64,000 bases of DNA from an uncultured Spirochaetota bacterium (GCA_963734495.1 CAVTHK010000011.1:480001-544000), one strand, 5' to 3'; positions 9,711 to 18,827 are shown, numbered from the stretch's first letter. Notes: generated by a model from the sequence alone, not told the origin. Translations and numbers: made by a program.

Positions 9711-12700
9711 CCGCATCATCTCGGCCGGAGCCGGCAGCGGAAAGACCTACTGGATCGCGCGCACGGTGGTCGAGGCGGTCCGCTCCGGTGCCGTGCGGCC
9801 CGAGGCGATCCTCATCACGACCTTTACGCGCAAGGCCGCGGGCGAGCTCCTCGATCGCGTCTCAGCGGCGCTGATCGCCGCCGGCCTCGACGACCAGGCC
9901 GTGCGTGTGCGCCGCGCGCGCATCGGCACCGTCGACAGCATCTCGGGCGCCCTCGTGCAGGAGCACGCCTTGGCCGCGGGCCTCAGCCCGCGCCTCTCGG
10001 TGCTGCCCGAGGGCGAGGAAAAGACGCTCTTTGACCGCAGCCTCAGCAGCGCACTCGAGGCCGGCGATGCGCAGTTGCGCCGGGCTGCGAGACGCCTCTC
10101 GGTTGACGACTTCCGCGACGACGTGCGCGCCATCGCGCAACTGGCGCGCGGGAACGGCATCGAACCGGGCTTGCTGCACGAGATGGGCGAGCGGAGCGCG
10201 GCCTTCATTCTTGCCTCCATTCCCGAAAAGGCGGGCAGCCAGGCCGGCCTGCGTCCTCTCGCCGAGGCGGCGCTGAGGCAGTTGTGCCAGGGAAATGACA
10301 AGACGAAGGCCACCAGCGGCGCGGCGACCGCGCTGCGCAGGTGGCTCGAGCGCTCGGGCAGGGGCGAGCTGCTCCCGTGGGCCGACGTGCAGCGGCTGGC
10401 CGCCCTCGGAACCGGCGCCGCGTCGCGCCAGATCGTGGCGGCGCTGCGTGAGGCAGCGCGCGGGCATGCCGGCTGGCCCGAGATGCGCCGGGACATAGAG
10501 GCGTACCTTCGGGGCGTGTTTGCCCTCGCCGCCCGCGCCCTCGACGCGTACCGGGAGGCCAAGGAGGCGCTGGGGTTCGTCGACTTCGCCGACCAGGAGG
10601 CGCGGTGCCTCGCGCTGCTCGAGCGGCCGGACGTGCGCGAGGCGCTCTCGGCCGAGCTGGACCTGGTGCTGGTGGATGAGTTCCAGGACACGAGCCCGCT
10701 TCAGCTGGCGCTGTTCCTGCGCTTTGGCGAGTGCGCCCGCGACGCCGCGTGGGTCGGCGACCCCAAGCAGGCGATCTACGGTTTTCGCGGGGCGGACCCC
10801 GCGCTGATGGCCGCGGCGACGCACGCGCTCGCAGGCGGCCGGGCCGGCGAGACGCTGGGGACGAGCTGGCGCTCGCGGCCCGAGCTCGTGCGGTTCGTCA
10901 ACGGCCTGTTTGGCGACGCCTTCGCGGACCAGGGCATCGGCCGCGGCCAGGTGGTGCTCGAGCCGAGCCGGCCGGAGGGCGAGCTCGAGTCTCCCGCGCT
11001 GGAGAGCTGGGTGCTCGAGAGCACGAACAAGGGCAACGACGCCAGGGCCCTCGCCGCCCAGATCGCGTCGCTGCTGAGGGGGCGCAAGAGGCTGCGGATC
11101 TTCGACCGGCGCTCAGGCGCGAGCCGGCCGGTGGAGCCGCGCGACGTCGCCGTGCTTCTTCGTCAGAACAGCGACTGCGCCGCCCTGGCTGCCGAGCTCG
11201 CCGACCTCGGGGTGCCGTACGAGCTGGGCCGGCCCGGACTGCTCGAGACCCCCGAGTGCGCGCTTGCCGTCGCCGGCTACAGGCTGCTGCTCGATTCGGG
11301 CGATACGCTCGCCGCAGCCACGGTCAGCTACCTGCAGCGGGTGGCGGCCGAGGGCGGGAGCGACACCGAGTGGCTCGCAGCGGGTCTCTCAGCCCGCGGC
11401 TTTCGCGGTGAGCCGCCGGTGCCGCTGCTGCGCGAGCAGGCGGCCGAGGCCGCCGGATGCACGCCGCTGGAGGCGCTGCGGCTGGCTGCCGGGCTCACCG
11501 GCGCCTGGCAGCTCGCCGCCCGACGCGAGAGCCCTCGCGCGGCTGTTGCGAACCTCGCCGCGCTCTTTGCTTTCGCGGCCGAAGGCGAAGAGGCGGCTCA
11601 CCGCGCCGGCGAACCGTGGTCCCACGCAACCCTCGCCCGCCGCCTGGCTTTGCTGGCTTCCGCAGGCCAGGACGAGCTGCCCGTGCCGGGCTCCAACGGC
11701 GTGCGCGTCTCGACCTGGCACGGCGCCAAGGGGCTCGAGTGGCCGGTGGTCGTGCTGTATGGAGCCGGCGAGCAGCGCGGCCCGCGGTTCTTCGAGGCCG
11801 CGGCTGTGGCGCCGGCCGACTTTGACGCGGAGAAGCCGCTGCGAGGGAGGGCGATCCGGCTCGTACCCTTCCCCTACAGTGGCAGCACGTCGAGGGAGTG
11901 CGAGTACCTCGAGCGCCTCCAGGCCACGACCGAATACGCCGGGGCGGCCGCAGCCCAGGAGGCGGAGCGCCTGCGGCTGCTGTACGTGGGCATGACGCGG
12001 GCGCGGGATGTCCTGGTCTTTGCCGCAAGGGCCGACCAGGCGACGATCGCGCTGGCCGAGGGCGTCGAGCCCCTGGTCGTGCCGACGGATCCCGCGGCTC
12101 CACCCGCGGGCTGGCGCGTGCGCGCCTGCTCGCCCGAGGCGGCCGTCCGCAGGCCGCCCGAGCCGCAGCCGTGGCTCGCCTACGCTGCCGAGCGCCCTGC
12201 GCGCGAGCCGGCCGTGATCAACCCGTCGAGCCTGGAAGCCACGCCCGAGGAGGCAGCGCGGGCGCCGGTCGGCGAGCCCGAGCGCTTCGGCGACCCGCTG
12301 CCGATCGCTGCGGGCCTGCCGATGGACCGGGTGGGCACGGCCCTCCATCGCTACCTCGCGGTGGACCGCTCGCGCCTCGGCGCTGCCGGCAAGCGCGAAG
12401 TTGCTGGCCGCCTGCTCGCCGCTTACCTCCCCGCAGGCGGCGTCGAGCCGGGGGACCTCGTGCGGCTGGGTGACCAGCTGGACGCCTGGATCGCTTCGCG
12501 CTGGCCGGGGGCCACGGTGCGGCGGGAGGTGCCCCTCGCCGCCCGGCTCGCCGGCCGCGTGGTCGCGGGCCGCGCCGACGTCGTCATCGAGGCTGCAGAC
12601 GGGTGGGCGCTGCTGGACTTCAAGAGCTTTGCGGGCGGCGAGGAGCGGCTGCGCGCGGAGGCGGCGCGGTATGCGGCGCAGGTGGCCGCTTACAGAACGG

Positions 12701-12801
12701 TGATCGGGTCGGGCAAAGCCGGGCCGGCCACATGTCGGTACATCCTGTTCTTGCATGATGGACTGGCCGTCACGGTGTCATCGGGTGACGCCAGGGGCTG
12801 A
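9700..12801 (+). CDS. UvrD/AddA-like SF1 helicase with C-terminal PD-(D/E)XK nuclease; apparent start codon is ATA
   Basis: Walker A ISAGAGSGKT (upstream of the first GTG at 9766), TFTRKAAGEL, VDEFQDT, VGDPKQAIYGFRGA, SWRS, TWHGAKGLEW, RLLYVGMTRARD; C-term REVP..GRADV..LDFK..Q..AY. Confidence 0.88.
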   Translation: MKQPRIISAGAGSGKTYWIARTVVEAVRSGAVRPEAILITTFTRKAAGELLDRVSAALIAAGLDDQAVRVRRARIGTVDSISGALVQEHALAAGLSPRLSVLPEGEEKTLFDRSLSSALEAGDAQLRRAARRLSVDDFRDDVRAIAQLARGNGIEPGLLHEMGERSAAFILASIPEKAGSQAGLRPLAEAALRQLCQGNDKTKATSGAATALRRWLERSGRGELLPWADVQRLAALGTGAASRQIVAALREAARGHAGWPEMRRDIEAYLRGVFALAARALDAYREAKEALGFVDFADQEARCLALLERPDVREALSAELDLVLVDEFQDTSPLQLALFLRFGECARDAAWVGDPKQAIYGFRGADPALMAAATHALAGGRAGETLGTSWRSRPELVRFVNGLFGDAFADQGIGRGQVVLEPSRPEGELESPALESWVLESTNKGNDARALAAQIASLLRGRKRLRIFDRRSGASRPVEPRDVAVLLRQNSDCAALAAELADLGVPYELGRPGLLETPECALAVAGYRLLLDSGDTLAAATVSYLQRVAAEGGSDTEWLAAGLSARGFRGEPPVPLLREQAAEAAGCTPLEALRLAAGLTGAWQLAARRESPRAAVANLAALFAFAAEGEEAAHRAGEPWSHATLARRLALLASAGQDELPVPGSNGVRVSTWHGAKGLEWPVVVLYGAGEQRGPRFFEAAAVAPADFDAEKPLRGRAIRLVPFPYSGSTSRECEYLERLQATTEYAGAAAAQEAERLRLLYVGMTRARDVLVFAARADQATIALAEGVEPLVVPTDPAAPPAGWRVRACSPEAAVRRPPEPQPWLAYAAERPAREPAVINPSSLEATPEEAARAPVGEPERFGDPLPIAAGLPMDRVGTALHRYLAVDRSRLGAAGKREVAGRLLAAYLPAGGVEPGDLVRLGDQLDAWIASRWPGATVRREVPLAARLAGRVVAGRADVVIEAADGWALLDFKSFAGGEERLRAEAARYAAQVAAYRTVIGSGKAGPATCRYILFLHDGLAVTVSSGDARG
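11934..12347 (+). repeat. Direct repeat copy 1 (414 bp) within the helicase (motif VI to start of the nuclease domain)
   Basis: Gapless match to 13597-14010 with about 26 substitutions (hand count). Confidence 0.92.
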
Positions 12802-12834
12802 CGCCGCTGCCGCGCATTCGTGCCGATAATCAGC

Positions 12835-12869
12835 ATTGCTGAAATCAAGCGGTACAGCTATACTGCAAT
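12835..12869 (+). promoter_or_regulatory. Promoter of the AbrB-PIN operon; probably leaderless
   Basis: TTGCTG(12836)-17-TATACT(12859), ATG 6 nt downstream; ATTGC...GCAAT inverted arms. Confidence 0.65.
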
Positions 12870-12870
12870 C

Positions 12871-13107
12871 ATGAATGCACTGCTCACCATGACCAGCCGC
12901 GGCGTGATCACTCTGCCGGCGAAGCTGCGCAAGGCTATAGGCCTGCGTCCCGGCGATCCCATATTGGCCGAGGCGACCGACCAAGGCATCCTGCTGCGGC
13001 CGGCCGCGGCGCTGCCGATCGAGATTTACTCGGCGGAGCGGGTGGCCGAGTTCGACCGGCAAGAGGATGAATTGAAAGCAGTGCTTCCTCCGAAGAAAGG
13101 GCGTTGA
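12871..13107 (+). CDS. AbrB/MazE/SpoVT-family antitoxin
   Basis: TSRGVITLPAKLRKAIGLRPGD...GILLRP..EIYS.ER..EF. Confidence 0.85.
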   Translation: MNALLTMTSRGVITLPAKLRKAIGLRPGDPILAEATDQGILLRPAAALPIEIYSAERVAEFDRQEDELKAVLPPKKGR

Positions 13108-13113
13108 GACAGG

Positions 13114-13539
13114 GTGCGCATATTTCTCGACGCCAATATCCTGTTCTCCGCGGCAAAATCCGACGGCGCGATTCGGCGTCTCTTGGCTCTGCTGCACAAG
13201 GCCCGCCACGAGTGCTGGGCCGATTCATACGTGATCGAGGAAGCGCGGCGAAATCTGGCACTGAAGTACCCGGAGGAGATGGCAGTTCTGGAAGAGGTGC
13301 TTCGCAGGCTCCGCGTCGTTCCCCTGGCGACGGGCAGAACGGAACCGCCGGAGCTGATGCGGGTCGCGGAAAAAGACCGGCCCGTGCTCGCCGCCGCGAT
13401 CCGGCATGGGTGCGATGCATTCCTGACTGGCGATCGCACCCATTTCGGCGCGTTGTATGGGAAGACCCTGCGAGGCGTGACGGTCTATTCTCCGCGCGGC
13501 TTGGCTGAGGCGATTTCTATCAGCCGGAGGAAGTCATAG
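13114..13539 (+). CDS. PIN-domain toxin
   Basis: RIFLDANILFSAA..EEARRNL..KDRPVLAAA..LTGD..HFG. Confidence 0.88.
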   Translation: MRIFLDANILFSAAKSDGAIRRLLALLHKARHECWADSYVIEEARRNLALKYPEEMAVLEEVLRRLRVVPLATGRTEPPELMRVAEKDRPVLAAAIRHGCDAFLTGDRTHFGALYGKTLRGVTVYSPRGLAEAISISRRKS

Positions 13540-13596
13540 CCGCCTGTCGCGCCGAGACTCACCCCGGCGAGCTCTATTGATAGGTTGCCGCGCCGC

Positions 13597-14010
13597 ATAC
13601 GCCGAGGCAGCCGCAGCCCAAGAGTCAGAGCGCCTGCGGCTGCTGTACGTGGGCATGACGCGGGCGCGGGACGTGCTGGTCTTTGCCGCAAGGGCCGACC
13701 AGGCGACGATCCCGCTGGCCGAGGGCGTCGCGCCCCTGGTCGTGCCGACGGATCCCGCGGCTGCGCCTGCGGGCTGGCGCGTGCGCGCCTGCTCGCCCGA
13801 GGCGGCCGTCCGCAGGCCGCCCGAGCCGCAGCCGTGGCTCGCCTACGCTGCCGAGCGCCCTGCGCGCGAGCCGGCCGTGATCAACCCGTCGCGCCTGCAA
13901 GCCACGCCCGAGGAGGCCGCGCGGGTGCAGGTCGGCGAGCCCGAGCGCGTTGCCGACCCGCTGCGGATCGCGGCGGGCCTGCCGATCGCCCGAGTGGGCA
14001 GGGCCCTCCA
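13597..14010 (+). pseudogene. Duplicated internal fragment of the helicase gene (repeat copy 2)
   Basis: Encodes ..ERLRLLYVGMTRARDVLVF..PAVINPS..; about 94% identical to 11934-12347; lacks both the N- and C-terminal parts. Confidence 0.88.
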
Positions 14011-14120
14011 ATTGAGGCCGGCCCAGCGCTTCGAGGAGTTCAGGTAGGCGGGGTGAGAGCAGGGTCGCGCCGGGCGACAGGCACTGCGCCACCTTGGGCA
14101 CGCGAGAAAAGCCGCGGCGT

Positions 14121-14299
14121 CTACTCAACGCCGAGTTGTCGCCTGATCAGCCTGCAGAGGGATTCCTTGATCTCCTGGTGACGGGGACCAGAGCGCTTCT
14201 GCCGTTTCGCGGGTTCGCGTAGATGTCGTGACGACTTCCGTGGCGCCTGAGAAAGCACCCAGAGGCTACAAGTTCCTTCACGAGCTGCGTTCGCTTCAC
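14121..14299 (-). CDS. hicA: HicA family toxin with a 1-nt frameshift at a C-run near 14183
   Basis: Hand translation VKRTQLVKELVASGCFLRRHGSRHDIYANPRNGRSALVP/RHQEIKESLCRLIRRQLGVE*; GTGA overlap with hicB; absent from the ORF track. Confidence 0.75.
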
Positions 14300-14505
14300 A
14301 CGTGAAGGGAGACTTCTTTTTCCCGAATCTCGACCGAGGGCAGGCTGACGCTGGTATCCTCCGTCATCATCCGATACGCGTCCTGGATGTTGTCTTCCAG
14401 GTCCGCGAGGGTCGCACCCTGGCTGAAGACGCTCGGAACCTCCCTGAGGCGGCCTACATACCAGTCGTCGTCGATCCAGTACTCGAGCGTGAACTTCCGT
14501 TCCAT
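14296..14505 (-). CDS. hicB: HicB family antitoxin
   Basis: MERKFTLEYW.DDDWYVGRL.EVP.VFSQG.TL.DLEDNI.DAY. Confidence 0.85.
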   Translation of the reverse strand: MERKFTLEYWIDDDWYVGRLREVPSVFSQGATLADLEDNIQDAYRMMTEDTSVSLPSVEIREKEVSLHV

Positions 14506-14571
14506 CAGGTTACCCTCGCAGTCAAGCATACTACGGCGAAAGGCCACCAGGGAATGCCGTGCAAACGCCCA

Positions 14572-16317
14572 TCACGCCGACCACCGCTCGAGCCCGCGCT
14601 GGATGCTGAGCATCTCAACGCTCTCGACGAGGCCCGCGAACGCGGCGCTCTGCCACCCGCCGGCCTCGCCGCCCCGTCGCATCAGCGACCGCCGCAGCTC
14701 CGTATCGAACCGCGACGGGTTCGCCCCGCGCAGAGTCTCCCAGTAATGCACGATCAGGTCGCGGCTGCGGAGGAGCGAATGGCGCGAAACGAGCTTGTCC
14801 GACTTGGCGTGGTTCACTGCGGGCGATGCCGGCAGAAGGTTCCACAGGTCGTTGTTGAGCCACAGGACGTACGGGATCACGTGGTCCACGTCAAAGCGGT
14901 CGCCGCTCAGCGGCTGATCGGTCCACACGCAACGCAGATCAGGAAGCCCGCGGTAGATTCCCCTCGCGAGCTGCACATCGCGCTCAGCGCCGGGCCGCTC
15001 GAGCAGCCGCTCCACGACCAGGGCCGTCGTCACGCTTCGCTCCGACATCTCGGCGGTCAGCTCGGCCCAGCGGAGGACGATCGACTCTGCCACCCAGTGG
15101 CCGATCAGCGTCATCTCACGCCAGACGGCGCCGGGCACGAGGATTTCGCCTAACGCCTGTTCGGTGCCAAGAGGCGAGAGGCAGCGACCCTTCGCCGTAG
15201 CCTTCCCCTTCATCCCAAAGAACTGCCCCTCGAGGTCGAGCGCCCCGCCCGCGTACCTGACCGGCCCGACCACGATCGTGCGCGCGATCGCGTTCAGCGC
15301 GGCGTCGGCGAGCGCCGCAAGCTCGCCCGCGAGCAGCCCGCTGCGGTAGTCGCGGAGAAAGGCAGCGAACCCCGCCGCGGGGTAACGCTCGATGAGCGCA
15401 CGCAGTGCCGCGCGGAAGGCGATCGGCTTGTTCACTTCGCGTCCGCGCTTCTGAGGGAACACTACCCTTCCGGCCGCGATGTCCGGCTCGACGAGCGGCC
15501 AGTAGAAGGCGAGCCACTTTTCCGCCACCACCGCAAGCGGGATCCCGACCCGACCGTCGGCGTACCAGCGCGCGGACGGCTGCCCGGTCTGTGCGATCTC
15601 GCACAGTGCGCGGAGAAGCGCCAGCTTGTAGGTCGCGTCCTTCTTGTCGCGGCTGATGATCGTCTCGATCTGGTCGACCGAACGGGCGGCGCCCCGGCCC
15701 TCCGCATGGAACACGAGGGTGGCCCAGCTCACCGCTCGGCCCAGGCCGTCCGGCGTCTGGTAGCCGGCGACAAAGCGGAAGCCCAGCCGTTCAAAGAGCA
15801 CGCGCAGCTCCTGGGCCGGCCTCTCCCGGAAGAGGCGCTCAGCGGCGTCGCGGTCTTCGGCGAGCCCCTGCCGCCCGATCGAGCTCGACAGCACCAGGAC
15901 CCCGCCCTGTGCGACCAGTCGCCGGATCTGCCAGGCGGCGTCGAAGAGGTCCGAGTCGGGGACGTGCATCAGCATGGCGGTGCAGACCACGGCGTCAAAG
16001 GTGCGCTCGAGCAGCGGGGAGTCAGAGGCAAAGGGGAAGGCTTCACAGGCGAGCCGGCTGGCGAGCGCGGGGTGAAGGCGGGCTGCTTCGGCCAGCATCG
16101 CCTGGGAGGCGTCGACCGCGGTGACGTCGTAGCCGCTTTCGACGAGGAAGGCGGCGTCGCCGCCCGACCCGCAGCCGATCTCGAGCACGGTCGCTCCCGG
16201 TTCGGGCAGATGGCGCCGGAGCAGGTGCCAGAGGTGCGAGCGGTCGGCGGACTCGTAGCGGGCGGAAAGGGAGGCTGCGTTCTGTTCGTAGTGCGCTGCC
16301 GTGCGCTGGTCCATCAC
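14572..16317 (-). CDS. Class I SAM methyltransferase fused to an HNH endonuclease
   Basis: VLEIGCGSGGDA..VTAVDAS..FDAV..LMHV; DATYKLALLRAL; CVWT..DVDHVIP..NDLWNLLPA..VN..KSDK. Confidence 0.85.
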   Translation of the reverse strand: MMDQRTAAHYEQNAASLSARYESADRSHLWHLLRRHLPEPGATVLEIGCGSGGDAAFLVESGYDVTAVDASQAMLAEAARLHPALASRLACEAFPFASDSPLLERTFDAVVCTAMLMHVPDSDLFDAAWQIRRLVAQGGVLVLSSSIGRQGLAEDRDAAERLFRERPAQELRVLFERLGFRFVAGYQTPDGLGRAVSWATLVFHAEGRGAARSVDQIETIISRDKKDATYKLALLRALCEIAQTGQPSARWYADGRVGIPLAVVAEKWLAFYWPLVEPDIAAGRVVFPQKRGREVNKPIAFRAALRALIERYPAAGFAAFLRDYRSGLLAGELAALADAALNAIARTIVVGPVRYAGGALDLEGQFFGMKGKATAKGRCLSPLGTEQALGEILVPGAVWREMTLIGHWVAESIVLRWAELTAEMSERSVTTALVVERLLERPGAERDVQLARGIYRGLPDLRCVWTDQPLSGDRFDVDHVIPYVLWLNNDLWNLLPASPAVNHAKSDKLVSRHSLLRSRDLIVHYWETLRGANPSRFDTELRRSLMRRGGEAGGWQSAAFAGLVESVEMLSIQRGLERWSA

Positions 16318-16425
16318 TGTCGGGCCATGCTACAGCGCCGCGGGGCGGCGCACAATGCAGCGCGCACGGGAGGCACGTTCTCTACCGTGGGGGGTCAGCG
16401 CCACGGCCCCCCCCCAGCGAACCCT

Positions 16426-17362
16426 ATGGCCAAAGCGAGCTTCTACGACCAGGCGTTCAAGGAGATCTTCTCCAATCGGCGGATGATGCGCTCCTTCCTC
16501 CGCGACATCATCGCCGAACGCTGGGTCTCACTGATCGACTGGTCGTCCGTGCGCGTCGCCTCCTCTCACTTCGTGGGCATGGGAGAGACGAAAGCGGGAA
16601 GCTGATCTATTGGTCGAGCTCGGCCTCAAGAGTGGCAGTCGTCTGCTGATCTACCTGCTGCTGGAGTTCCAAAGCACGGCGGAGCCGATGGCGCTTCGCC
16701 TGCTGGAGTACCTGCTGCGTGCCTACAGGGCTCAACGCGGTGCGCAACTCTCCGTCGTGGTGCCCATCGTCGTCTACAACGGCGGGCGTCGGTGGAAGGA
16801 GCCGGTTCGGCTCATCGAGCAATTCGCGGTGCCCGATCCTGCATTGCGTCGGTTCGTGCCGGACTTCACCTACCTGCTGATCGATATAGGCGCGATAGAC
16901 GAGGGGCTGCTGCGCAGACTGGGCAGCGAGATCGCGGCCTTCTTCCTGGTTGAAAAGACCCGATTCGACGACCCGGGCAAGGCGGCAGCCAGGATCGTCG
17001 GTATCTTTTCTCAGATTGTCAGCGCGTTGCCTGCAGATGTGCGGTCGCTACTCGGACGCTATGTCGCCGGATCCGCGGCGCATCGAGGAGCGGATAGCAA
17101 GCGGTGGGCGCCGTTGATATACTCGAAATCGGGGGGCGGCATGTTCCAAGAGGGTCTCGACGGACTGGTCAGAAAGGGACGCAACCAGGGCCTCAGGGAA
17201 GGCCGGCGGAAGGGTCAGCTGGAGTCCGCGCGCCGCATGTTGGCGCGCGGCTTCTCTGTGGCCGATGTGGTCGATCTCACAGGGCTTCCCGAGGCCGACG
17301 TGCGCAAGCTGAAAGACGCCAAGCCGGCCGGCCGGCGCCGCTCGCCTGCGCCACGCCGCTGA
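16426..17362 (+). CDS. Rpn/YhgA-like PD-(D/E)XK nuclease (putative transposase_31 family); frameshift near 16592
   Basis: YDQAFKEIFS..FL..ID...HFV, then (K)READLL..YLLLEFQS..MALRLLEY..VPIVVYNG..W; C-term EG..KG..ARRML.RG...V..TGL. Confidence 0.85.
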
Positions 17363-17714
17363 CGGAGCCGGGCGCGGCGAGTCACACGCCGGGCCGGCTC
17401 GATGCCCGGCAAGCCGCCGCTCGCGCCGGCCAGCGAGCGTGAGCGGGCGGAGGGGCCGCGAGGCCGCGACTGCGCGGCCGAAGCGGGTCCGAGGCGCGGG
17501 AGCGCGCGCGGCGCGTCGAGAAAGCGCCGCGAGCCGAACCGGCCCGATCATGCCGCGCACAGCGCCACCGCCGAGGACGGAACCCCCGGAGCACGCGACC
17601 CCGAGCCCCGCGGGATATGCGTCGGCGGCGTGAACGCGCCTCACTCTGCCGTCACCCGCCGCCAGGCTCGGGGGCACGCCCAGACCCAGGGGGCCTCTGG
17701 AGGCAGGCACGAAC

Positions 17715-18827
17715 ATGACCCATCGGGAACGAGTGGAAACAGCCCTTGGTCGCGAGCGACCGGATCGTTGTCCCATGCAGGTCAGCTTCACTCCCGAGTT
17801 TGCGGCGAGGCTGCGCCGGGAGTTGCGGAAAGGAGGCCCGCAGGAGCAGAGGGAAAGCGCCCATAATCCGCACGGCGGGGGGAACACCTACCGGCTGGAG
17901 ACCGCGCTCGACCAAGATATGCTGCTCACATCGGTCGGTTGGGCCAACTCCTACTATATGAAGACCGGCCCGTACCGCGACGAATGGGGCATTGAGTGGA
18001 AGCCCGTCCAGTACCAGACCCGGTTTGGCACCGGAACATACACCGAGATGGGTCGTCGGCCGCTTGAAGACGATTCCTCGCTGGAAAGCTATCGACCGCC
18101 GGACCCGAACCGGCCGGAGCTCTACGATCAGGCAAGATCGGCGATCGAGCGCTTCAGAAGCGATTACTGGATCGTTGGGGTAACCGTCACAACGATTTTC
18201 GAGACGGCCTGGGCGCTGCGCGGTCTGGAGCGGCTTCTGGTCGACATGATCACGGATCCGGAGGTCGCCGAGCGCATCCTCGACATACCTTTTCAGTATC
18301 ACCTGGCCGCAGCCCGCAACCTGGTCCGCCTGGGAGTGGACATGATCTGGACCGGCGACGACGTCGGATCGCAGCGTGCCATGGTCTTTTCGCCGCAGCT
18401 CTGGAGAAAGTACTTCAAGCCGCGGATGGCTCGCTTCTTCTCTGAGCTGCGGGCCATCAACCCCGGCATCAAGATCGCTTACCATTCCGATGGATTCATC
18501 GAGCCGATCATTCCGGACCTCATAGAAATCGGCCTGGACGTCCTCAACCCGGTTCAGCCGGCGTGCATGGATCCGGCAAACCTGAAGAAGAAGTACGGAG
18601 ACAAGCTCTGCTTCTGGGGAACGATCGACGAGCAGCACACCCTCCCCTTCGGCACGCCGGAGGACGTGCGGGGCGAGGTCATGGAGAGGCTGCGGACAGT
18701 CGGGACGGACGGCGGCCTGATCATCGGGCCCACACATCACGTCCAGCTCGATACCCCGATGGAGAACTTCTGGTCGATGGTGGACACAATCCGGACGTCC
18801 CGATACGAGGATCTCTCTTCAGCGTGA
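17715..18827 (+). CDS. URO-D/MtaA-CmuA family protein
   Basis: MTHRERV..PDR.P, DEWG, LRG.E, GDDVG.Q, YHSDG, LNPVQP, FWGTIDEQ, GPTH. Confidence 0.85.
   Translation: MTHRERVETALGRERPDRCPMQVSFTPEFAARLRRELRKGGPQEQRESAHNPHGGGNTYRLETALDQDMLLTSVGWANSYYMKTGPYRDEWGIEWKPVQYQTRFGTGTYTEMGRRPLEDDSSLESYRPPDPNRPELYDQARSAIERFRSDYWIVGVTVTTIFETAWALRGLERLLVDMITDPEVAERILDIPFQYHLAAARNLVRLGVDMIWTGDDVGSQRAMVFSPQLWRKYFKPRMARFFSELRAINPGIKIAYHSDGFIEPIIPDLIEIGLDVLNPVQPACMDPANLKKKYGDKLCFWGTIDEQHTLPFGTPEDVRGEVMERLRTVGTDGGLIIGPTHHVQLDTPMENFWSMVDTIRTSRYEDLSSA

Noticed and set aside
13597-14010. DGR template repeat for the helicase
   Set aside because: Substitutions are not adenine-specific and no reverse transcriptase is present.
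16426-17362. Active IS transposase
   Set aside because: The Rpn/YhgA family has no demonstrated transposition, and no terminal inverted repeats or target duplication were seen.
5360-17362. Prophage, ICE or integron
   Set aside because: No integrase, attC-like array, or phage or conjugation genes recognised.
17363-17714. Possible ncRNA or small ORF in a GC-rich intergenic stretch
   Set aside because: Only weak hairpins and low-complexity ORFs; no recognisable RNA family.
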